64,000 nucleotides of DNA from a bacterium (lineage in GTDB: Bacteria > Patescibacteriota > Minisyncoccia > UBA6257 > JAGOQP01), in the NCBI GenBank assembly GCA_021812345.1, contig JAKANP010000003.1, positions 82 to 64,081 of the forward strand. The letters are read 5' to 3'. The translations under genes were made by a program, and so were the position numbers. Below are positions 57,441 to 64,000 of the stretch, one piece after another; the first letter of the stretch is position 1, and each line of letters opens with the position of its first letter. The notes under the pieces were generated by a model. The model was given only the letters and a program-made list of their open reading frames with translations, was not told the DNA's origin and made no database searches.

Positions 57441-58322
57441 ATGGCGTCACAATTAAGAGAAATAGTTCAACAGTCAAAATTTCAAAAAACAGCGGTCGGT
57501 CATTTTAATATTTCCGACTTGGTGGGTTTGAATGCTATTTTTACGGCGGCGTTTTCGCTAAAATTACCGGTCATTATCGGGGTATCGGAAGGAGAGCGTG
57601 AATTTATCGGCACCAAACAGGCGGCGGCTTTGGTTAAGAGCATAAGAGATGAATACAATTATCCGATTTTTATCAATGCCGATCACACTCATTCTTTGGA
57701 AAAAATAAAAGAAGCGGTTGAGGCGGGATTTGATGAAGTGCTTTTTGATGCCGGGCAAAAACCGCTTGATGAAAATATCGCTTTAACTAAAGAAGTTGTC
57801 GGATACGTTAAAAATTATAACGAAACATATGGCAAAGACATTATGGTTGAGGGAGAGATTGGGTATATCGGCGGAGGTTCGGTTATTTTGGATAGGATTC
57901 CAGAAGGAGTTTCAATAAAAAAAGAGGATTTAACAAAACCGGAAGATGCCAAAAGATTTGTTCAAGAGACAGGCGTTGATTTACTGGCTCCGGCAGTGGG
58001 CAATATTCATGGAATGTTTGCCGATGTTCCGGACCCGAATCTGGACATTCAAAGAATTGTGGAAATTTATGAAGCATCTCAAACTCCTTTGGTTTTGCAC
58101 GGCGCTTCCGGAAATACGGCAGAAGACATAAAGCAAGCGATTGCTTCCGGAATTTCCATAGTTCATATCAATACCGAACTTAGAGCGGCGTGGAAAAGGG
58201 GACTCGATTTGGCGCTTTTATCTCACCCTAAAGAGATAGCTCCTTACAAAATTTTTCCGGAGATGGTTCATGAAGTTCAAAAAGTTGTATTGGAAAAGTT
58301 AAAAATTTTCAATAATATGTAG
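57441..58322 (+). CDS. fba: Class II fructose-bisphosphate aldolase
   Basis: VGHFNISDL, NADHTHS, VLHGASGNT class II aldolase blocks. Confidence 0.85.
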   Translation: MASQLREIVQQSKFQKTAVGHFNISDLVGLNAIFTAAFSLKLPVIIGVSEGEREFIGTKQAAALVKSIRDEYNYPIFINADHTHSLEKIKEAVEAGFDEVLFDAGQKPLDENIALTKEVVGYVKNYNETYGKDIMVEGEIGYIGGGSVILDRIPEGVSIKKEDLTKPEDAKRFVQETGVDLLAPAVGNIHGMFADVPDPNLDIQRIVEIYEASQTPLVLHGASGNTAEDIKQAIASGISIVHINTELRAAWKRGLDLALLSHPKEIAPYKIFPEMVHEVQKVVLEKLKIFNNM

Positions 58323-58389
58323 CATTTTGTATTTATGTTTATTACAAATTAAAATTTTTTCCAGATTAATTATTCCAGATTAATTATCA

Positions 58390-59643
58390 ATGAATTTCCA
58401 TATAAAATACCTTGCCTACCGGCAGGCAGGCAAAATACAAAATACGCTATACCATCAAGACTCTTTTACTCTTGTTGAAATGATTGTTGTCATTGCTATT
58501 TTAACAATATTGACCGCTGCCGCGGTAGTTGTGATTAATCCCGTTGAGTGGCTCAAGCAATCACGCGATGTTCAAAGAATAACCGACTTAAAAAATATCC
58601 AATCGATAATCGGAAAATATAAATATAGCGGGAACAGAATCGGTTCGCTTGGAAATTCAAACACGGTATATGTTTCTTTGGTGGATGCGAGTTCTTCTTC
58701 TTGCGCCGATTTGGGATTGCCCGCGCTGGCATCGGGGTGGGTTTATAGTTGTGTCACCTCAACAAGCACTTTACAAGATGTTGACGGCACAGGATGGATT
58801 CCAATAAATATATCTTCTTTGGGGATCTTACCGTCTTTGCCGATTGATCCAAGCAATAATGCGACATCAAATCTCTATTATTCTTACATTGTAAATTCTT
58901 CGGGGCAGTTTGAGTTGACGGCAACGTTGGAATCGCAAAAAAAACTTAAAGATACTGCATTGGTTGACAGCGGGACTGATCCGGCAAAATATGAAGTGGG
59001 AGAAACGCTTACTTTATGGACTCAAGCATCAGGACTTGTGGGGTATTGGCCGTTTGAAAATAGTTTGTCTGATAATTCCGGTCTTGGATTCAACGGAACC
59101 TGGTATGGAACTTCAACTTCTAGATATGTTCCTGGTAAGGTTGGTTTCTCGGCTGGATTTTTCAACGGAAGTAGTGATTATGTGGACATTCCATATAATC
59201 AATCTTTGTCAATAACAAACAGTGCGACTTTATCGGGCTGGATATTTTCGACATCAACCTCCGCTTATCAAAGCATTGTGGGTATTCAAAATGCTCACAG
59301 ATTTCTTGCTGTCGGTGGTGGCAATGCTATGAACGGGTGGTGGAATACAAGCTTATTGGATGCCGCATATACCGGCTATGCATGTAATTACTTAAATGGT
59401 TGGCACTATGCTGCGCTTACTTATACATCATCTGATGGGTATTTGAGATTATATTGTGATGGCTTACCTGTTGGTAGTAAATATTATGGAGGAACTCTGG
59501 CAGTTTCTACAAATGATACGACCATAGGTGTTCGTTCCCAATCTCTTAATCTTTATGTTGCCGGATCAATTGATGATGTTCGTGTATATAGTCGAGCTCT
59601 TTCGACATCCGAAATTCAAAATATATACAACGCAACCAAGTAG
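58390..59643 (+). CDS. Prepilin-like protein with C-terminal LamG/concanavalin-like domain (candidate pilus adhesin)
   Basis: SFTLVEMIVVIAILTILTAAAVVV pilin N-terminus (Ser instead of Gly at -1, 25-aa leader); C-terminal LamG pattern (GYWPFENSLSDNSG...DDVRVYSRALSTSEIQNIY). Confidence 0.6.
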   Translation: MNFHIKYLAYRQAGKIQNTLYHQDSFTLVEMIVVIAILTILTAAAVVVINPVEWLKQSRDVQRITDLKNIQSIIGKYKYSGNRIGSLGNSNTVYVSLVDASSSSCADLGLPALASGWVYSCVTSTSTLQDVDGTGWIPINISSLGILPSLPIDPSNNATSNLYYSYIVNSSGQFELTATLESQKKLKDTALVDSGTDPAKYEVGETLTLWTQASGLVGYWPFENSLSDNSGLGFNGTWYGTSTSRYVPGKVGFSAGFFNGSSDYVDIPYNQSLSITNSATLSGWIFSTSTSAYQSIVGIQNAHRFLAVGGGNAMNGWWNTSLLDAAYTGYACNYLNGWHYAALTYTSSDGYLRLYCDGLPVGSKYYGGTLAVSTNDTTIGVRSQSLNLYVAGSIDDVRVYSRALSTSEIQNIYNATK

Positions 59644-60068
59644 TACCTGTCTGCCGGCAGACAGGGAAATTTTATCCGCTTTTGCGGAATAAATAATAAA
59701 AGTTCAATACTTGGCGGGCTAAATAGTAATTGGAAATAAGCAGATGAAAATCAATTGAGATAAATAGAGACGGATAGAGATGCGATAGTATAATTTGACT
59801 AATAAATATATCGGTAGTATAAAATAATCAGCTCGCTTCTAAACGGAGCTTTGCCGCGGACCCGCCAAGGAAGTTTTCAATCAAGTCCCGCCAAACTCAT
59901 CCGCTAAAAATCCACGCCGTTTTTTCCACTCAAGCCGCCTCCGCGGCCTTTTTTTATTTTGTATGTTGTAGTTGGTATTTAGTATAAAAATAATCAAAAA
60001 GCTTGATTTTTTTCAGTTACTGTTGTAAATTGAACAGCGTACAAAATACAAAATACTAATTACCGATT

Positions 60069-60710
60069 ATGTTAAAGCTTGAAGTTAAAAAAAGAGAAAT
60101 TTTTGGAAGTAAAAACAAAAGCCTTTTTGAAGAAGGTCTGATTCCTGCCGAAATCTACGGACATGGATTTGAAAATGTTCATGCCAGTGTTGTATTGAAA
60201 GATTTCAAAAATGTTTTAAAAGAAGCGGGGGAAAGTTCGCTTATCACTGTTTCTGTTGGTAAGGATTCTTTTCCTGCTATTATTTATGATGTTCAAAAAG
60301 ATGTTTTGGGAGATAAAATAATTCATATAGATTTTTACCGGGTGAGAATGGACGAAAAGATAAAAGCTACAGTTCCTTTAATTTTTATCGGAGAAGCGCC
60401 GGCGGTTAAAGAAAAGGGAGGAGTCTTGGTCAAATCCGTTGAAGAAGTTGAAATAGAATCTCTTCCCGGAGATTTACCTCACCAACTTGAAGCTGATTTA
60501 TCCGTTTTGGCCGAACTGCATCAGAGTTTGCATATTAAAGATATTAAAGTTCCCAAGGGAGTTAAAATTTTAGTAGAACCGGAAATGGGTATAGCGACTG
60601 TTACTGAACAGCAAAAAGAAGAAGTAGTTGAAGCTCCCACAACTGAAGCTGCCGAAGGGGCTGTTACCGCCGAAGCTGAAGCTCAGCCGACTGCCGAAAC
60701 AGAAAAATAG
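60069..60710 (+). CDS. rplY: 50S ribosomal protein L25 / general stress protein Ctc
   Basis: Two-domain bL25/Ctc with acidic C-terminal tail, 213 aa. Confidence 0.8.
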   Translation: MLKLEVKKREIFGSKNKSLFEEGLIPAEIYGHGFENVHASVVLKDFKNVLKEAGESSLITVSVGKDSFPAIIYDVQKDVLGDKIIHIDFYRVRMDEKIKATVPLIFIGEAPAVKEKGGVLVKSVEEVEIESLPGDLPHQLEADLSVLAELHQSLHIKDIKVPKGVKILVEPEMGIATVTEQQKEEVVEAPTTEAAEGAVTAEAEAQPTAETEK

Positions 60711-60877
60711 AATACTGCTTCATCCAAGTCCTCATCCAATAAATCCGAAAAATAAAAATAAAAAATTTAAAACAAAAATCCCCTTTTTGTATTTACAAAA
60801 TCAGGGGATTTTTGTTATAATTTTTATATATCGCCAAAAGCACAAAATGACGAATTTTTTTAGTTATTAATCTTTTA

Positions 60878-62332
60878 ATGGACAGACGTTTAATATCGGA
60901 CATAGTTTATAAAGAACCTCAAAAAAGAATCAGACATTCCAAAGAACGTCTTGATTTAAGTTATAAAAAAATATTAAGAATACCTCTAAAAAAAATAATG
61001 GTTTATGGGGCTATTTCGTTTTCTATTTTTTATCTTTTACTGGGAGCGGCAAATGCTCCGATAAGCGAAGGATATCTTTTGGCGGCATCTAATGTTGATA
61101 CACAAAGAGCGGCTTATGAGGCGCAACTGCAGGATTTAGAAAATCAGATAGCTCAAGATGAACAGACGATTGAACAATACAGCAAACAAGGCGCAAGCTT
61201 GTCCGCGGAAATAAAAAAACTTAACGCCAGAATTTCTCAACTCAATTTGCAAATCAAAGCCATTACTTTGACTTTGGCAAAAATAAGCGGAGATATCAAT
61301 GTGACTAAACTTAAAATCACTCAAACCGAAAGCGATATTGAAACGCAAAAAGGTTATTTGTCGGCAGTCTTGCAAAGTGTTTATGAAAGCGATACCACTA
61401 ATGCCGTTCAAATAATGTTGGCAAATCCAAAATTATCCGACTTCTTTTTGGACTTAAATAATTTACTTGCCACACAAGATGATATTCGCTCAACTTTAGA
61501 TAACATAGTTCAACTTAAAAGTAATTTAATTGATCAGAAAGGAGTTTTGGCTTCTCAATACAACGACACCCAACAACTTCAGGAATATCAGTTAGCTCAG
61601 CAGCAGGCCGCTCAACAAACAGAAGCTCAAAAAAATGATTTGCTTAAAGTGACCAAAGGGCAGCAATCAAAGTACGAACAAATTGTTGCCGACAAAAAAA
61701 AGACAGCTGCTCAAATCAGGAGCCAACTTTATCAATTGCTTGGCGGAGGCCAACTTCAATTTGGAGATGCTTATCAACTGGCAAAAACAGCGCAAGATGC
61801 GACTGGGGTTAGGGCGGCTTTGATTTTGGCGGTGCTTGATAGAGAATCGGCTTTAGGAAGAAATGTCGGAAATTGTAAATACAATGTTAATCCTTATTAT
61901 CCAAACAAAGCATCAAATCCAACGACGATGAATCCAAAAAGAGATATTCCGATTTTTCTGCAAATTATGCAATCGCTTAGTATGAATCCTGACAGCGTTT
62001 CGGTTTCTTGTCCTATTCCAAGAGACGGAGCTTATGGTGGAGGAATGGGGCCAGCGCAATTTATTCCTTCAACTTGGTCTTTGTATCAAAGTCAGATTGC
62101 TTCTATTACCGGACATAGCGTTCCTTCTCCGTGGAATAATTTGGATGCGTTTGTGGCGACGGCTCTTTATTTGAAAGACGCAGGCGCTACCGGTTCGTTA
62201 TATAATGAAAAAGTTGCGGCAGCAAAATATTATGCCGGAGGAAGTTGGCAATATTACATTAATACTTACGGAGCGGCAGTTATTGCCAAAGCCGACGAGT
62301 TTCAAGGAGATATAGATGTTTTAACGGGATAA
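60878..62332 (+). CDS. Coiled-coil protein with C-terminal MltB-like lytic transglycosylase domain
   Basis: N-terminal TM then long Q/A-rich coiled coil; C-terminal GGGMGPAQFIPSTW matches the MltB motif G.MG..QF.P.TW. Confidence 0.6.
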   Translation: MDRRLISDIVYKEPQKRIRHSKERLDLSYKKILRIPLKKIMVYGAISFSIFYLLLGAANAPISEGYLLAASNVDTQRAAYEAQLQDLENQIAQDEQTIEQYSKQGASLSAEIKKLNARISQLNLQIKAITLTLAKISGDINVTKLKITQTESDIETQKGYLSAVLQSVYESDTTNAVQIMLANPKLSDFFLDLNNLLATQDDIRSTLDNIVQLKSNLIDQKGVLASQYNDTQQLQEYQLAQQQAAQQTEAQKNDLLKVTKGQQSKYEQIVADKKKTAAQIRSQLYQLLGGGQLQFGDAYQLAKTAQDATGVRAALILAVLDRESALGRNVGNCKYNVNPYYPNKASNPTTMNPKRDIPIFLQIMQSLSMNPDSVSVSCPIPRDGAYGGGMGPAQFIPSTWSLYQSQIASITGHSVPSPWNNLDAFVATALYLKDAGATGSLYNEKVAAAKYYAGGSWQYYINTYGAAVIAKADEFQGDIDVLTG

Positions 62333-62345
62333 ATATTAAATAAAA

Positions 62346-62376
62346 AACCGTCCCAATTTATCGGGACGGTTTTTTA
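62346..62376. terminator. Bidirectional terminator between mltB-like gene and prfA
   Basis: aaaaaccgtcccaatttatcgggacggtttttt. Confidence 0.6.
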
Positions 62377-63105
62377 TTGCTGTTTAGAAAATTCTTTGAT
62401 TATAGGATCCAGGTCGCCGGCTATTATTTTTTCTATGTTGTGAAATTTTTTACCTATGCGATGGTCGGTTACGCGATCATCGGGGAAATTGTATGTTCTT
62501 ATTTTTTCAGAACGTTCCATTGAACCGATTTGTTCTCTTCTTAGTGCTCCCAAGGAGCTGGCTTGCTGGCGCTGCATTTCTTCGTAAAGCTTTGAACGCA
62601 AAATAGTCAGCGCGCTTTCTTTGTTGGCGTTTTGAGAACGTTCGGTCTGGGAAGCGACAACAACTCCGGTAGGTTTGTGTAAAACTCTCACTGCCGTTTC
62701 AACTTTATTGACGTTTTGTCCTCCGGGTCCCGACGAGCGGAAAAATGAAATTTCCAAATCGTTTGGATTTATTTCAAAAACTTTTTGTTCCACTACCGGA
62801 AGTATTGCCACTGAAGCGGTTGAAGTATGGACTCGTCCGGATTTTTCTGTTGCCGGAACTCTTTGAATTCTGTGGACTCCGGATTCATGTTTCAAAGCTT
62901 CGTAAACTCCGGCTCCCTCCATTTTTCCGATAAAAGTTTTATATCCGCCAAGAGTTGTTTGGTTTGAATCAATAACAGAAAATTTCCAGTTTCTTTTCTG
63001 GGCATATTTTTGGTACATATTAACCAATTCACCGGCAAAAATTGAGGCCTCGTCACCACCAGCTCCGGCTCGTACTTCTATGATTATTTTGTTTATATTA
63101 TCCAT
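62374..63105 (-). CDS. prfA: Peptide chain release factor 1-like, lacking N-terminal domain 1
   Basis: PxT-type motif RVPATEKSGRVHTS (RF1 specificity), GGQ motif SGPGGQNVNK; begins at the equivalent of E. coli RF1 residue ~105 (IIEVRAGAGGDEA); only 97 nt separate it from rpmE. Confidence 0.75.
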   Translation of the reverse strand: MDNINKIIIEVRAGAGGDEASIFAGELVNMYQKYAQKRNWKFSVIDSNQTTLGGYKTFIGKMEGAGVYEALKHESGVHRIQRVPATEKSGRVHTSTASVAILPVVEQKVFEINPNDLEISFFRSSGPGGQNVNKVETAVRVLHKPTGVVVASQTERSQNANKESALTILRSKLYEEMQRQQASSLGALRREQIGSMERSEKIRTYNFPDDRVTDHRIGKKFHNIEKIIAGDLDPIIKEFSKQQ

Positions 63106-63202
63106 ATGCTATGAAATACGAAAAAAGTACGAAACTACGAAATTACGAAAAAATTATCTGCTTTCGTACATTCGTAAAAATTTCGTACTTTCGTAGAGAA
63201 AA
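63106..63202. repeat. Inverted array of 4x TACGAA and 4x TTCGTA half-sites between prfA start and rpmE stop
   Basis: TACGAA at 63117, 63128, 63136, 63144; TTCGTA at 63163, 63171, 63182, 63190 (spacings 11/8/8 and 8/11/8); followed by ACTACTTTGCT, which also occurs in the 62-bp repeat unit. Confidence 0.8.
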
Positions 63203-63478
63203 CTACTTTGCTTTCTTAGTTTTTTTAGCAGCTTTAGCGGTTCTCTTTTCGGTTTTGCTTCGGGTTGTCGTTTTTGACGCTTTTTCTCTCTTGGCTTTAA
63301 ATTTCTCAACGCGTCCCGCTGTATCTATCAATTTTTCTTTACCGGTATAAAACGGGTGGCAAGCATAGCAAATTTCGACGGCAATTTCTTTTTTAGTTGA
63401 GCCGACATAAAAAACGTTTCCGCAAGCGCAAGTAACCTTGGCGTTTGGATAATATTCCGGGTGAATTTCTTTTTTCAT
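63203..63478 (-). CDS. rpmE: 50S ribosomal protein L31 with Lys-rich C-terminal extension
   Basis: [10 protein letters not shown]...CACGN...[10 protein letters not shown] bL31 zinc-ribbon motifs. Confidence 0.9.
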   Translation of the reverse strand: MKKEIHPEYYPNAKVTCACGNVFYVGSTKKEIAVEICYACHPFYTGKEKLIDTAGRVEKFKAKREKASKTTTRSKTEKRTAKAAKKTKKAK

Positions 63479-63629
63479 ATAAATATAAATAATTGAATAA
63501 CTGTAGTTAATTATTAATACACAAATAATATCGGAAAATCAAAAAAAGTCAACAAAATCCAAACTAAAGCGCTTTGACTAGCGTGTTCTCGAAAATTTTT
63601 ATGCGATATGTTTTTAAATGAATAATTTC

Positions 63630-63657
63630 TTGACAATGAACGATTGTTTTGTATACT
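63630..63657 (+). promoter_or_regulatory. Candidate rRNA operon promoter (TTGACA-16-TATACT)
   Basis: cTTGACAatgaacgattgttttgTATACTtat about 300 nt upstream of the 16S 5' end. Confidence 0.45.
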
Positions 63658-63962
63658 TATATCACTTCGTTTTTTAACGGAGAGAACATTAAAATTCAAT
63701 AACCTTAATAATGAGAATTTGTGCGAGCTAGAGATTTAAAATTAATTTTAAAATCTAAAACTGAATTTGAAAACTTTTTTGGTTAACCAAGTCTAAAAAT
63801 TGTCAAAAATTTTTAAACCATTGTCCGTGTAAAAGCGGACCTAAGGCGTCGAAATTTTTGCTACAATTTAACCATTTTTGTTTTTTGATTTTCAAAAGAT
63901 AAAAATAAATATCTGTGGCAGAATTTTCCACGTCTTTGACGGTTTGGAGATTTTGACATTTA

Positions 63963-64000
63963 TATTGAGAGTTTGATCCTAGCTCAGGATGAACGCTGGC
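63963..64000 (+). rRNA. rrs: 16S ribosomal RNA, 5' end only (continues past window)
   Basis: TTGAGAGTTTGATCCTAGCTCAGGATGAACGCTGGC matches the universal 16S 5' terminus. Confidence 0.9.

Noticed and set aside
63106-63202. N-terminal coding remnant of prfA in the prfA-rpmE gap
   Set aside because: Only 97 nt, AT-rich and dominated by TACGAA/TTCGTA repeats. No frame encodes RF1 domain-1-like sequence.
1-64000. Alternative genetic code (UGA as Gly or Trp, as in some CPR lineages)
   Set aside because: Housekeeping genes have normal lengths under the standard code, and several end on TGA (e.g. pilD at 8219-8221) exactly where homologs end.

Overview
This is an AT-rich (about 35% GC by eye) bacterial chromosome segment that reads cleanly in the standard genetic code (for example pilD ends on TGA). 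The gene content, divergent compact proteins and fermentative gene set look like a Candidate Phyla Radiation / Patescibacteria-type genome. Gene order along the window: (1) a complete type IV pilus, probably competence pilus, locus at 1-10.3 kb: pilM(partial)-pilN-pilO-small TM protein-pilB-pilT-pilC-major pilin-pilD plus four minor pilins/PilX; (2) ligA, a membrane GT2-like glycosyltransferase, tsaD, two small convergent ORFs, ftsW/rodA, mpg; (3) rpoB-rpoC; rpsF-ssb-rpsR; a PAP2 phosphatase; a RyR-domain protein; tRNA-Leu(CAA) with tRNA-fragment scars; parA-parB; relA/spoT-topA-dprA on the minus strand; (4) a second PilO-like gene, tRNA-Ile(GAT), tRNA-Val(GAC), two MazG-like NTP pyrophosphohydrolases, rluA-family synthase, a 634-aa coiled-coil protein, rplS; (5) an accessory islet: free-standing LAGLIDADG homing endonuclease - tRNA-Leu(GAG) - GC-rich spacer - five perfect 62-bp tandem repeats carrying about 20 helically phased TTCGTAG-type sites - a GC3-rich (foreign-looking) 258-aa ORF driven by a native-style promoter - a second orphan ORF; (6) a monomeric PheS+FDX-ACB PheRS, gap, a NOX/ferric-reductase-like membrane flavoprotein plus cytochrome b5, a 1015-aa surface protein, rpiB-rpe-split transketolase, a wHTH/Cas2-like ORF bracketed by 42-bp direct repeats, pfkB kinase, fba, a LamG-pilin, rplY, an MltB-like transglycosylase, an N-terminally truncated RF1, rpmE, an rRNA promoter and the first ~38 nt of 16S rRNA. 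No CRISPR array, integrase or transposase was seen. The most novel-looking element is the tRNA-Leu(GAG) islet with its iteron-like repeat array and GC-rich orphan gene; the same TTCGTA core motif recurs as an inverted array upstream of the truncated RF1.
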